Source: a virus. Taken from it: a DNA stretch of 64,000 bases. Under the pieces are notes generated by a model. It had not been told where the DNA came from. It did no database searches and saw only the letters and a program-made list of their open reading frames with translations. Positions within the stretch are counted from its first letter, which is position 1. Every line of letters begins with the position of its first letter. Both the position numbers and the translations under genes were made by a program. Of the stretch, positions 1-11,473 are shown piece by piece. The stretch is taken from IMG/VR virus record IMGVR_UViG_3300034105_002260. The stretch is one strand, 5' to 3'.

Positions 1-699
1 TTTGAAGACAACCCTGGTAATATAAAAAGAAAACATTATACGATTTGGTCAGGAATTACTCCTGATGACCAACCCGCAAACGCTGAAGAGGTTAAGAGAT
101 TGGTTAAAGAGGCGGAAGAGAGATCTTCAGGTTCATTAAAATTAATGAAATTTCCTTCAGATAGTGTGACCGTTTCACAAATAAAAAACATCGTTAGAAA
201 GATGAAATCTGACGGATTTAAAATGGATTTGTTACTTATCGACTACGTTGATTGTATTTCAACAGATAAGAGTACAAATGGTGAAGAGTGGAAAGGTGAA
301 GGTTCCGTTATGAGGTCTTTAGAGGCTATGACAAGTGAATTTGATATTGCAATATGGACCGCAACACAAGGTAATAGAGAGTCAATTTCATCAGAAGTAG
401 TAACGGGTGACCAAATGGGTGGTTCTATTAAGAAGGCTCAAATTGCTCACGTTATTTTGTCAATAGGTAAGACATTAGAACAGAAAGAACAAAACTTGGC
501 AACCCTATCACTTTTAAAATCTCGTATTGGTAAAGATGGTGTTGTATTTAGTAACTGTAAATTCAATAATGAATATCTTGTTATTGATACAGAATCACAA
601 AGTACCTTACTTGGTATGGAACAACAAAAAACTCAAAACAACGCAAATAGAGCAGCGGAAGCGTTTAAGAAGAGACAAGAATTACTTAACAATAAATAA
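1..699 (+). CDS. dnaB: DnaB-like replicative helicase, C-terminal part (5' truncated by window)
   Basis: Frame open from base 1; SF4 helicase motifs LLIDYVD (Walker B), [15 protein letters not shown]. Confidence 0.9.
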   Translation, partial: FEDNPGNIKRKHYTIWSGITPDDQPANAEEVKRLVKEAEERSSGSLKLMKFPSDSVTVSQIKNIVRKMKSDGFKMDLLLIDYVDCISTDKSTNGEEWKGEGSVMRSLEAMTSEFDIAIWTATQGNRESISSEVVTGDQMGGSIKKAQIAHVILSIGKTLEQKEQNLATLSLLKSRIGKDGVVFSNCKFNNEYLVIDTESQSTLLGMEQQKTQNNANRAAEAFKKRQELLNNK

Positions 700-706
700 T
701 AAAATT

Positions 707-1684
707 ATGACGGAAAGAATCTTACAAGACAATCCAGGACGTTTTGTCCTTTTTCCAATCGAACATCACGATTTATGGAAATTTTACAAACAATCTGAAG
801 CGTCTTTTTGGACAGCTGAGGAAATTGATTTAGGTCAAGATGTTACAGATTGGGAGAATAAATTAAATGATGACGAAAAACATTTTATTAAACACGTATT
901 AGCATTCTTTGCTGCGTCTGATGGAATTGTAAATGAAAATCTAGCAATGAACTTTGTTAATGAAGTTCAATATACAGAAGCTAAATTCTTCTACGGATTC
1001 CAAATAATGATGGAAAATATTCATAGTGAAACATATTCTTTATTAATCGATACGTTGGTTAAAGATAAGGATGAACAACATTACTTGTTCAATGCGGTTG
1101 ATACAATTCCTGCCGTTAAGAAAAAAGCGGATTGGGCTCTTAAATATATTAATTCAGAATCTTTTGTTGAGAGATTATTGGCATTTGCGGCCGTAGAGGG
1201 AATCTTCTTCTCTGGTTCATTTTGTTCAATTTTTTGGTTAAAGAAAAGAGGATTAATGCCTGGTTTAACATTTTCAAACGAATTAATTTCTCGTGATGAA
1301 GGTGTACACTGTGATTTTGCTTGTCACATTTACAATAACCATATTGAAAAGAAACTAAGTGAAAAGAAAATAAAAGATATTATCTGTGGAGCATTGGAAA
1401 TTGAGAAAGAATTTATTCTTGAAGCATTACCAGTTCGTTTAATTGGTATGAATTCCGATTTAATGGCTCAATATCTTGAATTTGTTACTGATAGATTATT
1501 AATGGCGTTGGGTTGTTCTAAAGTTTACAATTCAGAAAACCCATTTGATTTTATGCAGAACATCGCATTACAAGGTAAAACTAATTTCTTTGAGAAAAGA
1601 GTTGCCGAATATCAAAAGGCGGGAGTTAATAATGTTGCAACCGAAGATTTAGAATCCGCGTTTGACGAGGATATGGACTTCTAA
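707..1684 (+). CDS. nrdB: Ribonucleotide reductase class Ia beta (R2) subunit
   Basis: [17 protein letters not shown] (radical Tyr), [17 protein letters not shown]; ATG at 707 follows helicase stop (track start 527 overlaps helicase). Confidence 0.97.
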   Translation: MTERILQDNPGRFVLFPIEHHDLWKFYKQSEASFWTAEEIDLGQDVTDWENKLNDDEKHFIKHVLAFFAASDGIVNENLAMNFVNEVQYTEAKFFYGFQIMMENIHSETYSLLIDTLVKDKDEQHYLFNAVDTIPAVKKKADWALKYINSESFVERLLAFAAVEGIFFSGSFCSIFWLKKRGLMPGLTFSNELISRDEGVHCDFACHIYNNHIEKKLSEKKIKDIICGALEIEKEFILEALPVRLIGMNSDLMAQYLEFVTDRLLMALGCSKVYNSENPFDFMQNIALQGKTNFFEKRVAEYQKAGVNNVATEDLESAFDEDMDF

Positions 1685-1696
1685 AAATAGTATAAG

Positions 1697-4129
1697 ATGA
1701 AAGTAAAAAAAAGAGATGGTTCCCTAGAGGAAATGAGATATGATAAAATAACACGTAGAATAAGTGTTTTTTGTAGTGATTTAAATTTAGAATACATTGA
1801 TCCAACATTTGTTACATTAAAAGTAACACAAGGTATATATGATGGAATAACAACAACTGAGTTAGATGTATTAGCGGCGGAAACAGCTGCGGCAATGGTT
1901 ACCACTCATCCTGATTATGCTAAATTATCGGGTCGATTGGCGGTATCTAATTTACATAAGACAACACATAAAAAGTTTTCTCAATGTATTAAAGAATTAT
2001 ATTCTTTTGTTGAACCAAAAACAGGTAAAGAATCTTCATTAATTGATGAAGGTGTTTACAAATTTGTAATTGAAAATAGAGAGTCTTTAGATGGTGCAAT
2101 TCATCAAGAAAGAGATTTTGAATTTGATTACTTTGGATATAAAACATTAGAACGTTCTTATCTTTTAAAGATTGGAGATAGAGTAGTTGAAAGGCCACAG
2201 TATCTTTATATGAGAGTTGCCGTTGGTATTTGTAAAGGTAATTTAGATATGGCGTTAAGAATTTATGACGACTTATCACAACATTTTTATACTCACGCAA
2301 CTCCAACATTATTTAATGCAGGTACACGTAGAGCACAAATGTCCTCTTGTTTCTTAATTGGTAATAAGGGTGACGATATTGATGGTCTATTTGATACGAT
2401 TAAAGATGTTGCCAAAATTTCTAAATGGGCGGGAGGTATTGGACTTCACGTTCACGATGTTCGAGCTAAAGGTTCTTATATAAAAGGTACAGGTGGACAG
2501 TCGGATGGTTTATTACCTATGATGAAAACATATAACGAAGTTGCTCGTTGGATTAACCAAGGAGGAAAACGTAAGGGATCTTTTGCGGTTTATCTTGAAC
2601 CTTGGCATTCGGATATTTTTGAATTTATTGATTTAAGAAAGAATCACGGTAAAGAAGAAATGAGAGCAAGAGATTTATTCTTGGCAATGTGGACTCCAGG
2701 TTTATTTATGGAGAGAGTTGAACAAGATGGTGATTGGTCTTTATTTTCACCTGATGAAGCACCTGGATTATCAGATGTATACGATTCACCAGAAGATAAG
2801 AAATTTACTCGTTTGTATGAACAGTACGAAAAAGAAGGCAAGGCAAGAAAAGTAATCAAGGCGAGAAAGTTAATGGATGCAATCCTTACTGCTCAAATTG
2901 AAACGGGAACACCATATATGTTATATAAGGACCCAGCTAACTACAAATCAAACCAAAAGAATTTAGGTACAATCAAATCTTCAAACTTATGTACTGAAAT
3001 TATTGAATATAGTTCACCAACAGAGCAAGCAGTTTGTAATTTAGCGTCAATAGCTTTACCAAAGTATATTATTAATGGTGAATTTAATCACGATTTATTA
3101 TACGAGTACACATATCAAGTTGTTAAGAATTTAAATAATGTAATTGATTTAAACTATTATCCAACTCAAGAAACCAAACTTTCAAATTTTAAACATCGTC
3201 CAGTTGGGCTTGGTGTTCAAGGATTGGCAGATGTGTTCTGTATGTTGGGTTTACCGTTCGAAAGTGAAGATGCGGATAAATTACAAACAGATATTTTTGA
3301 AACAATATATTTTGCGGCAATGACATCTTCTAAAGATTTATCTAAAGAGTTTGGACCATATGAATCAATAGCAGGATCACCAATTGAAAAAGGTGTTTTC
3401 CAATTTGAAATGTGGGGTAAAAAAGATAAAGATTTATCAGGTCGTTGGGATTGGAAATCTCTAAGAAAAGAAGTGGTAAACTATGGTGTTAGAAATTCAT
3501 TATTAGTCGCACCAATGCCAACAGCATCAACTGCACAAATTTTAGGAAACAATGAAGCGTTCGAACCATTCACAACCAACTTATATTCTCGTAGAACATT
3601 AAGTGGAGAGTTCATTATGATTAATAAACATCTAGTTAATGATTTATTAAAAATAGGATTGTGGAGTGATACCATTAAGAATAAGTTAATTATGGAGAAT
3701 GGGTCAGTTCAAAACATTCCTGAAATTCCTACTGAAATGAAAGAGGTTTATAAAACAGTTTGGGAAATGTCTCAAAAACGTGTTTTACAAATGGCAGCAA
3801 ATAGAAGTATATTTATTGACCAATCACAATCTTTAAACCTATTTGTTGATAATGCAACTAAACCTAAATTATTGGCGGCTCATTTATTTGGTTGGAAATT
3901 AGGGTTAAAAACGGGTATGTACTATTTGAGAACAAGGGCGGCGGTAGACGCAATTAAAGGTTTAGGAGTTGATACGTCAGTGTCGAAACCAATTGAACAA
4001 ACGTCATCTATAAACAATGTGGAAGTACCAACTAATAATACATTAATTAGTGAAAGAACACCTGAAGTCGTAATGACATCAGATAAACCAATAGACTCTC
4101 CGTTTGACTGTGAGGGTTGTGGTTCGTAA
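1697..4129 (+). CDS. nrdA: Ribonucleotide reductase class Ia alpha subunit with N-terminal ATP cone
   Basis: VKKRDG ATP cone, TPTLFNAG, SSCF, SNLCTEI, APMPTAST, KTGMYY, C-terminal CEGC. Confidence 0.98.
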   Translation: MKVKKRDGSLEEMRYDKITRRISVFCSDLNLEYIDPTFVTLKVTQGIYDGITTTELDVLAAETAAAMVTTHPDYAKLSGRLAVSNLHKTTHKKFSQCIKELYSFVEPKTGKESSLIDEGVYKFVIENRESLDGAIHQERDFEFDYFGYKTLERSYLLKIGDRVVERPQYLYMRVAVGICKGNLDMALRIYDDLSQHFYTHATPTLFNAGTRRAQMSSCFLIGNKGDDIDGLFDTIKDVAKISKWAGGIGLHVHDVRAKGSYIKGTGGQSDGLLPMMKTYNEVARWINQGGKRKGSFAVYLEPWHSDIFEFIDLRKNHGKEEMRARDLFLAMWTPGLFMERVEQDGDWSLFSPDEAPGLSDVYDSPEDKKFTRLYEQYEKEGKARKVIKARKLMDAILTAQIETGTPYMLYKDPANYKSNQKNLGTIKSSNLCTEIIEYSSPTEQAVCNLASIALPKYIINGEFNHDLLYEYTYQVVKNLNNVIDLNYYPTQETKLSNFKHRPVGLGVQGLADVFCMLGLPFESEDADKLQTDIFETIYFAAMTSSKDLSKEFGPYESIAGSPIEKGVFQFEMWGKKDKDLSGRWDWKSLRKEVVNYGVRNSLLVAPMPTASTAQILGNNEAFEPFTTNLYSRRTLSGEFIMINKHLVNDLLKIGLWSDTIKNKLIMENGSVQNIPEIPTEMKEVYKTVWEMSQKRVLQMAANRSIFIDQSQSLNLFVDNATKPKLLAAHLFGWKLGLKTGMYYLRTRAAVDAIKGLGVDTSVSKPIEQTSSINNVEVPTNNTLISERTPEVVMTSDKPIDSPFDCEGCGS

Positions 4130-4148
4130 AATTATAGGAAACTACATT

Positions 4149-4173
4149 AAATCCAGCTTCGGCTGGATTTTTT
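4149..4173 (+). terminator. Intrinsic terminator after nrdA
   Basis: AATCCAGC-TTCG-GCTGGATT stem-loop followed by T run. Confidence 0.9.
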
Positions 4174-4211
4174 ATTTATTACCATTTTAGATTAGTTTAT
4201 ATTTATTTGAT

Positions 4212-4664
4212 ATGGCAGCAACTTACGGTATAGATTTTCCATTTAGGAATAGTTTAAAAGGTGACTTCTTAAGGATGACAGAATCACCTGAAAGAGAAGT
4301 TCGTGCGAATTTGATTCATTTATTATTAACAAGAAAGGGTAGTAGATATTATTTACCCGATTTTGGAACTAGATTGTACGAATACATCTTTGACCAAAAT
4401 GACGTTGTTACCTTTGGTTTAATTGAAGACGAAATAAGAGAAAGCGTTAAAAAATACATTCCAAATTTAGATATTAACTCAATCAATATCGTATCAGCAG
4501 AAAATGACCCTGAAGAGACTAAATTATATTCACAACAAGAGGATGAAAGGTTATTTAGGGTATCAGACGCTACAAGTAAACCATACACCGCAAAAGTAAA
4601 AATAGACTACACGGTTAATAACGGATCATTTACGTCATCCGACTTTGTAATTATAAACATATAA
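4212..4664 (+). CDS. Baseplate wedge protein, T4 gp25/GPW-like
   Basis: LLLTRKGSRYYLPDFGTRL motif; position directly before gp6-like gene. Confidence 0.9.
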   Translation: MAATYGIDFPFRNSLKGDFLRMTESPEREVRANLIHLLLTRKGSRYYLPDFGTRLYEYIFDQNDVVTFGLIEDEIRESVKKYIPNLDINSINIVSAENDPEETKLYSQQEDERLFRVSDATSKPYTAKVKIDYTVNNGSFTSSDFVIINI

Positions 4665-4665
4665 A

Positions 4666-6498
4666 ATGGCTAAAAAAATATCATACGCAACTAGAGATTT
4701 TGCGGGATTAAGACAAGAGTTAGTAAATCTAACAAATGATTACTATCCAGATTTAATAAAAAATACTAATGACGCATCTATATTTTCTGTGTTATTAGAC
4801 TTGAACGCGGCTGTGGCGGATAATCTACACTTCCATATTGATAGAGTATGGCAAGAAACAATGTTAGATTTCGCTCAACAGAGACAATCTCTTTTTCATA
4901 TTGCCAAAACATATGGTTTAAGAATACCTGGAAACAGACCCTCAGTTGCCTTATGTGACTTTTCAATAAATGTACCAGTGGCGGGTGATAAGGAGAAAAC
5001 TGAATACTTGGGTCTATTAAAGGCGGGAGCTCAGATATCAGGAGGAGGTCAGATTTTTGAAACATTAGAAGATATTGATTTCTCTAATCCATTTAACAAT
5101 AAAGGTGAACCAAATCGTTTAAAGATACCTAATTTCGACGGTAACAATAAATTAGTGTCATATACCATTACTAAGAGAGAAGCGGTCGTAAACGGAGTCT
5201 CAAGGATATATAGAAGAGTTGTAACTGAATTAGATCAGAAACCTTTCTTGAAACTTTATTTACCTGAACAAAACGTATTAGGTATTGTGTCGGTTATACA
5301 TAAAGAAGGTACATCGTTCGGGTCAAATCCAACATCATCAGAATTTACATCATCAACTAATAAATGGTATGAAGTTAAATCTTTAATGGAAGATAAAGTA
5401 TTCATTAAAGACTCAACAAAAATATCAGATAAAGATAATTTCATACCAGGAACATACCTTTCAGTTAGTAATAAATTTATGACTGAATATACCCCAGAAG
5501 GATATTATTCGATGACATTTGGTTCTGGAACTGTGGACCCAATGGCTAATTTAGATAATTTCATAACGGGTAATTTAAAAGTTAGTTTAGGTTCTTATTT
5601 GAATAACGTATCGTTAGGTGCGGTACCTAAGTCAAACAGTACAATGTTTGTAAAATATAGAATTGGTGGAGGTAAAAACTCAAATCTAGGGGTTAATGTT
5701 ATTAATAGTATTGACAACATTGAGTTTAATGTAAATGGTCCAGTTTCAACTGTAAATTCACAAGTTATTCAATCGTTAAGAGTATCAAATGTAACTCCGG
5801 CAATAGGTGGGGCAGATCAACCAACAATTGATGAAATTAGAAATATGATTTCTTACAATTTTGCGGCACAAAATAGAGCAGTAACGTTAAATGATTACAA
5901 ATCGGTAATTGAAAATATGCCACCCACATTTGGCGCTGCGGCTAAGGTTAATGTGATGGAGGAAGATAATAAGGTGAAGATTAAATTATTGTCTTACGAT
6001 TCCGACGGAAACCTAACTGACGTAGTTTCTAACACTTTAAAAGATAATGTAACCGAATATATTTCACAATATAGAATGATTAATGACTTTGTTGAGATTC
6101 AAAGTGGTGAGGTTATTGACCTTGGATTGGAGATTGATGTTGTAATTGATAGAAACGAATTAGAGTCAGATGTCATTAAATCAATAATTGAAAAAACAAT
6201 TTCATATTTTGCAATTGAAAAAAGAAAAATGGGAGACCCATTGTTTACGGGTGAATTGTTAAAAGAAATTGGATCAACAAGTGGAGTAGTTAATGCGGTT
6301 GATGTTAGAGTTTTTAATAAAACAGGTGGTGAATATTCACAAGCTGAGGTGTCACAATCATACAAAACACCAGAAACAAAAGAGATTCTACAAGCGGATA
6401 TGACCGTTTATATGAAGTCAAATCAGATATTCCAAATTAGATTTCCAAATAAAGATATTAAAGTTAGGGTTAAACCTCTCACTTCGACTACATTTTAA
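4666..6498 (+). CDS. Baseplate wedge protein, T4 gp6/baseplate J-like
   Basis: RDFAGLRQEL N-terminus, AKTYG, YRIGGG, GGAD, AQNRAVTLNDY motifs. Confidence 0.9.
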   Translation: MAKKISYATRDFAGLRQELVNLTNDYYPDLIKNTNDASIFSVLLDLNAAVADNLHFHIDRVWQETMLDFAQQRQSLFHIAKTYGLRIPGNRPSVALCDFSINVPVAGDKEKTEYLGLLKAGAQISGGGQIFETLEDIDFSNPFNNKGEPNRLKIPNFDGNNKLVSYTITKREAVVNGVSRIYRRVVTELDQKPFLKLYLPEQNVLGIVSVIHKEGTSFGSNPTSSEFTSSTNKWYEVKSLMEDKVFIKDSTKISDKDNFIPGTYLSVSNKFMTEYTPEGYYSMTFGSGTVDPMANLDNFITGNLKVSLGSYLNNVSLGAVPKSNSTMFVKYRIGGGKNSNLGVNVINSIDNIEFNVNGPVSTVNSQVIQSLRVSNVTPAIGGADQPTIDEIRNMISYNFAAQNRAVTLNDYKSVIENMPPTFGAAAKVNVMEEDNKVKIKLLSYDSDGNLTDVVSNTLKDNVTEYISQYRMINDFVEIQSGEVIDLGLEIDVVIDRNELESDVIKSIIEKTISYFAIEKRKMGDPLFTGELLKEIGSTSGVVNAVDVRVFNKTGGEYSQAEVSQSYKTPETKEILQADMTVYMKSNQIFQIRFPNKDIKVRVKPLTSTTF

Positions 6499-6552
6499 TT
6501 TAATTTTTTCTTATTATAATAGAAAGTAGTCTGCTTTCTATTTATTATAAGA

Positions 6553-9500
6553 ATGATACAAAAACATAGAATTTCAACGAATATTGGTCAAGACCAAATT
6601 GTAAAAGTCGAACTTAAACAAGATTTCGATTTATTAGAGATTTTGTCTTTAAAATTTACACAAAAAGAGATATACACATCTCTTTGTGCTGATTATGGTG
6701 TGGTTTGTGGTAGAGTTAGTGTAAATAACGGTTTTGGTGTACCAAACGCAAGAGTTTCCATTTTTATCCCCTTATCCTCAGAAGACGAATCGGACCCCGT
6801 AATTTCCGCTTTATATCCATATAAAGAGATTGGTGACCAGAACGATGATGGATATCGTTACAATCTATTACCATCAAGAAAACAACATTCAGGACATTCC
6901 CCAACAGGAACATTCCCCGACCAACGAGATATTCTTACTAGAGAAGAAGTTTTAGAGGTGTATGAGAAATATTACAAATACACAGTTAAAACAAACGACG
7001 CAGGTGATTTTATGATTTGGGGAGTTGGTTTAGGTGAACAAAGAATTCACGTAGATGTTGACTTATCCGATATGGGATGTCAATCATTGTCACCATACGA
7101 TTTAATGTACGAAGGAATTTCCGCGGAAAAATTTCAAAACGCATATACATATATGTCTTCTAACAATTTGGAGAGTCTTCCTCAAGTTGTTTCTTTTGAT
7201 AAAACAATTGAAGTTTATCCATTTTGGGGTAATGAAGACTTATGTCAAATTGGTTTAACAAGAACAGATTTCGATTTAAAAGATAAAGGAATTAGAATTG
7301 AACCATACGCGGTGGTGATGGGAGGTACATTTACCGATTCAGGTAAAGACGCACTAAGAGTTCAATGTAATGTTGATAATCAACAAGGTGAGAAATGTCG
7401 TCTAACGACAATGAAAGGAGACATCGAAGCAATTAGATTTACGGGAGAATTTGAAAAAGACACCAATGATAACCCAGATTTCAATAGACCAATTTTAGAA
7501 AAATTAGAAATTGACCAAACTATTGATGAATTTGGTAGATTCTTTTTTAGGGTGCCGATGAACACTTACTACATAACAACAAATGAATTTGGTGAAGTTG
7601 TGGAATCTAAAAATAAAAACGTAGGTATCCCAACAGAATCGACTTATCGTTTTAGACTTTCATTAAATGAAGATACGGGAGGAAGAAATAGATTTACAGG
7701 TAAAATATTAGTACCAAATATTAGAGAATATCACATTAGTGACACGGCGTATAATGGATTATATAGTACTATCGACCCAAAATCATATTCATTTAGTACA
7801 TCTATTAATGATTACCCATCTGCGGCGATTAATGAAATATTAGGAAAAAGTACCGACGCAATTGCTGATGGTAAAAGAGGAGTACCACAAGATTATTTTT
7901 ATAAATTTAGATATGGTAGAACATATACTGTTGGACAATTTATTAACAAATATTATAATGACGGAGCTTTAGGTAAATTATTTAGTTTCTTTAAAAGAGA
8001 TAGAAGAGAATCGTTCCTCGGCATCAAAGAAATTTGGCCATCTGAAAGTAGTGATTGCTCAAGTACTATTAATTATTTCCCAATAAACGATGCTGTTAGA
8101 AATCATAGATTTAATTTCTTTGTTTTAACAATTTTAAGTTACGTTGATTTTATTGGATTAAGAATTCAATTATTTTTTAAAGAATTAAACTGTTTAATAC
8201 AATTTGGAGCCGCTGGTGTATTTGGTATTTTTAATAATTCAGCTGCCGCTAAACAATTTGCAAGAGCGAAAGAAACACAATTCAAAAGTATTTTTAAAGT
8301 TAATTTAATTATATACCCAGATTGTTATGATTGTGAAGAAGATAATACAAATGGTGAAGTTGTAATTAACGCGGACCCAGTCAATATTGCGGCAGTAACT
8401 GGAGGTACCGCTGGTGTTAATTACATTTCCGCAACAAGTTCACCATTTAGTGTTTCAGAAAGATGGTCAGCAACAAGAACCAATTGTGACAAATATGATT
8501 TAGTTAATACAAGTGCCACATCACAAGTAGTAACATATACTGATTGTGATGGGGCTACAGGTCAAACGGCAACACTTGCTGCGGGATCTTCATTATCTTT
8601 ATGTGTTAAAAACGGAACCACCCCAACAATACCAGTTTCAGTAACTTCAACATTCACATCGTTAGGATGTTCAGGTGCTGCTGGGTATCAACCAAATGAC
8701 TCACTATATTTCTACCTAACAGTAAACGGGCAACCAGGATATGAAATTACGAATGTCCCAACATATAACTCATCACCAAAAGATGGTGATTATCTCTATC
8801 AACGATATGTGATGGAAATTGACGTATTAGGTGGTGCGAGTGAATACATAGCAATTGGAGTTGGTCAATCATATACAATTATGTATGATGGTTCAACTAG
8901 TAGGTGGAAAATTAAAGATGCGTACAAATCTATTGCCGATACGATAGCTGCGGCGTACAACCTACCATATGATCAACCAGTAAGTGGAACTGCACATCCT
9001 GAACAAGGTAGAGTTGTGATTAAAAAATTATGGTATGTTGATAACGTACCTATTAGTGCAACAACCATAAATGAAAATGAAGAAGGTTGTGCAAAATATG
9101 ATTACATAATTGAAGATAAATTAGGTAGATGGGGTACTAGTATGAGTCTCCAAGGTTTAAAATTACCATTAACTGGTGCAACCGCAACATATGAAACATA
9201 TGCTGAAGCTTATAATGCTATGAATGGTATAAGAGCACCAAGAAATTCATTTTACGGTACTCCACCATTTTATGATCAATTAGATTTAAACTATAACACT
9301 ACAATTATCGCCGCTAATGTACCAGATTGTGAAACGCCACCAAATTATAATATTGGTGCGGTTGCTTCGGTGTACGCTAAATGGCCAACTAGTGATAGTA
9401 GAAATTTTAGAAATGGAGATTCAAGATGCGTTTATCGTGGAGAATATGCGGGACAAGTTAAAAAGAAAGGACCATATTTTGTTGATGAGTTTTTAACGAG

Positions 9501-10782
9501 AGACGGAACATTAAGTGGTTGGTCTGAATTTAGAGATGGTGTTTATACCATTGTACCGTTAGCAGGAAGAACTGGAGAACTATTGTCTTCATATAGAAGA
9601 AGAAAATTATTTGGCAAGTTAATGTGTGGTGGAGTAATATCATACACATTCGCCAACTCTTGGTTAAATGGAGCACTTTACTTTTTTCAATTTATGAGAA
9701 GGGGTGCGAATAGATTCTGTAAAGATTGTTTATTTAAGAAAACAGATTTAGACGGAAGTATTCATTATTATTATAGATCAACACCGTATAACTCTTCTTT
9801 TAGTGGATACGAGTCACAATATAATGGTTCACAATTAGATGATGAGGGTAGGACATATAACGCAGTTTATAGTGGTAAAACAAAAGGATTTTACGGTAGT
9901 GTAAGAGTGGGTAATAGTAGAAGAGAAATTAATTTCCCAACTACAATTATTGATTTAGGACCAAGAACAACTTGGATAGATGAAGTTTGTGTTGACCCCG
10001 CTTTAGATGTTAATTGTTCAATAACAAGAAGTATTGGATCAACATCATATAAAGGTATTGACGACTTAATGGAGTATGTTATTCAATCAAAAGAATTAAA
10101 AGAAAGAGGTCGTTTAGATATTCAAGATTTGTTTGATAGTCGTGGAGATGGATTAATTGATGGAGACATTGCTCAATTATTAAACTTTAACACGCAAACA
10201 GGAATATATCCATTTGAATATGAAGAATTAGATTCACCATATAGTTCACTTTATGCCACTTATTTTGATGGTAAAGGTCCAGTGGGTATTGATTTTGTTT
10301 ATAGTGAAGATGATCCCGATACCGCCGTGGTTGAAGCAAATGGTTTATTAATTAGAAAATGTATTAATGAAAAAGGAAGATTGGGGGATTACTCTCAGAA
10401 AGTTCCTTATTATATGTGGGACACAAAAGGACACGGATTTGGTGAAAACGCAAATGGTGGAGAATCTCAAAATTATTACGTTGCTAAAATATATAACCAA
10501 AGAATACAAGAAATAAAATCAAATTTAAATTTAGATTCAACACTTGCAACTTTAGATGATTTTTATCTTTCACCAGAGGCTTCTTACGTGTTACCTCCAA
10601 TACGTGATTGCGTTGAGGTGTCAGGAGTAAAGTCAAAAAGTAACGATAACTATAAAGAATATACCGTAGGTGGAGTAACAAGACATTTAATGGAAATTGG
10701 GTCACCATTTCACTTTATGTTTGGATTAAAAAAAGGAAACACCGCTTGGGATAAATTTATTGAAAGCTTTGGACCAAAATAA
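6553..10782 (+). CDS. Large putative virion/baseplate-associated protein (1409 aa)
   Basis: Long ORF inside structural block; Cys-containing inserts; TATTTAT motif upstream; no catalytic motif recognised. Confidence 0.6.
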   Translation: MIQKHRISTNIGQDQIVKVELKQDFDLLEILSLKFTQKEIYTSLCADYGVVCGRVSVNNGFGVPNARVSIFIPLSSEDESDPVISALYPYKEIGDQNDDGYRYNLLPSRKQHSGHSPTGTFPDQRDILTREEVLEVYEKYYKYTVKTNDAGDFMIWGVGLGEQRIHVDVDLSDMGCQSLSPYDLMYEGISAEKFQNAYTYMSSNNLESLPQVVSFDKTIEVYPFWGNEDLCQIGLTRTDFDLKDKGIRIEPYAVVMGGTFTDSGKDALRVQCNVDNQQGEKCRLTTMKGDIEAIRFTGEFEKDTNDNPDFNRPILEKLEIDQTIDEFGRFFFRVPMNTYYITTNEFGEVVESKNKNVGIPTESTYRFRLSLNEDTGGRNRFTGKILVPNIREYHISDTAYNGLYSTIDPKSYSFSTSINDYPSAAINEILGKSTDAIADGKRGVPQDYFYKFRYGRTYTVGQFINKYYNDGALGKLFSFFKRDRRESFLGIKEIWPSESSDCSSTINYFPINDAVRNHRFNFFVLTILSYVDFIGLRIQLFFKELNCLIQFGAAGVFGIFNNSAAAKQFARAKETQFKSIFKVNLIIYPDCYDCEEDNTNGEVVINADPVNIAAVTGGTAGVNYISATSSPFSVSERWSATRTNCDKYDLVNTSATSQVVTYTDCDGATGQTATLAAGSSLSLCVKNGTTPTIPVSVTSTFTSLGCSGAAGYQPNDSLYFYLTVNGQPGYEITNVPTYNSSPKDGDYLYQRYVMEIDVLGGASEYIAIGVGQSYTIMYDGSTSRWKIKDAYKSIADTIAAAYNLPYDQPVSGTAHPEQGRVVIKKLWYVDNVPISATTINENEEGCAKYDYIIEDKLGRWGTSMSLQGLKLPLTGATATYETYAEAYNAMNGIRAPRNSFYGTPPFYDQLDLNYNTTIIAANVPDCETPPNYNIGAVASVYAKWPTSDSRNFRNGDSRCVYRGEYAGQVKKKGPYFVDEFLTRDGTLSGWSEFRDGVYTIVPLAGRTGELLSSYRRRKLFGKLMCGGVISYTFANSWLNGALYFFQFMRRGANRFCKDCLFKKTDLDGSIHYYYRSTPYNSSFSGYESQYNGSQLDDEGRTYNAVYSGKTKGFYGSVRVGNSRREINFPTTIIDLGPRTTWIDEVCVDPALDVNCSITRSIGSTSYKGIDDLMEYVIQSKELKERGRLDIQDLFDSRGDGLIDGDIAQLLNFNTQTGIYPFEYEELDSPYSSLYATYFDGKGPVGIDFVYSEDDPDTAVVEANGLLIRKCINEKGRLGDYSQKVPYYMWDTKGHGFGENANGGESQNYYVAKIYNQRIQEIKSNLNLDSTLATLDDFYLSPEASYVLPPIRDCVEVSGVKSKSNDNYKEYTVGGVTRHLMEIGSPFHFMFGLKKGNTAWDKFIESFGPK

Positions 10783-10783
10783 T

Positions 10784-11473
10784 ATGTGGAAAGATTTATT
10801 TAAAAAAAGAAAACCGAATCATTTAATTATATATGTTTTATATAATAAGGAAGAGTCATTGTTATATAAAATACTATCTAAATTAACATATAGCGTTGGA
10901 CCATTCAATACTATCGAAGAATGTATTGAAGGTGTTAAATCGTTTATAAAAAAACATCCTGAAAAATTAAAACAAATGAACATTACAAGTTTTGGTTCAG
11001 GAAAAAATTTGGTACAAACAAATAGTAATAAAGAAAAGATATATGAATTGGTCGATACTTTAAAACCATTAATGTCAGATGAAACTAAAATAATGTTTAC
11101 AACTTGTTTTAGTGGGGTTTCACATAGAAAAGTGGTTGAGATGTCAGAATACTTAGATGGTATTGAAATTGCGGCAATGAATAAATCATATTCACTAAAT
11201 GGTGATATGACAATTTGTAAATGTAAAGAAAAGGGATATAGTAAAAGTGTGGTTGAATCACTACCACAAAGTAGAGATGGTATTAGATATGATGAAAATC
11301 AAATTGTCAACATTGTAAGAAGAAATGTTGGGGAATTGGTTGATTGGAAAACATCGGGTATGGCATATGAATACAATAAAGTTGTAAGGGAAAATAATAT
11401 CTGTAGAGTTGATAAACAACCATACACATTATTAAAAAGTATAAGAAACTATATTTTTAATATTCAAAGTTAA
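10784..11473 (+). CDS. Hypothetical protein, possible degenerate caspase-like/DUF4347-type fold
   Basis: ATG 10784 right after upstream stop; MNITSFGSG...IMFTTCFSG spacing resembles His-Gly/Cys motif but His is absent. Confidence 0.45.
   Translation: MWKDLFKKRKPNHLIIYVLYNKEESLLYKILSKLTYSVGPFNTIEECIEGVKSFIKKHPEKLKQMNITSFGSGKNLVQTNSNKEKIYELVDTLKPLMSDETKIMFTTCFSGVSHRKVVEMSEYLDGIEIAAMNKSYSLNGDMTICKCKEKGYSKSVVESLPQSRDGIRYDENQIVNIVRRNVGELVDWKTSGMAYEYNKVVRENNICRVDKQPYTLLKSIRNYIFNIQS

Noticed and set aside
527-706. Track-extended N-termini (nrdB 527, primase 36001, clpP 43406, 10760)
   Set aside because: Extensions overlap upstream genes, terminators or promoter elements; downstream ATGs fit better
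707-4129. Introns or inteins in nrdA/nrdB
   Set aside because: Both are continuous and of ordinary length
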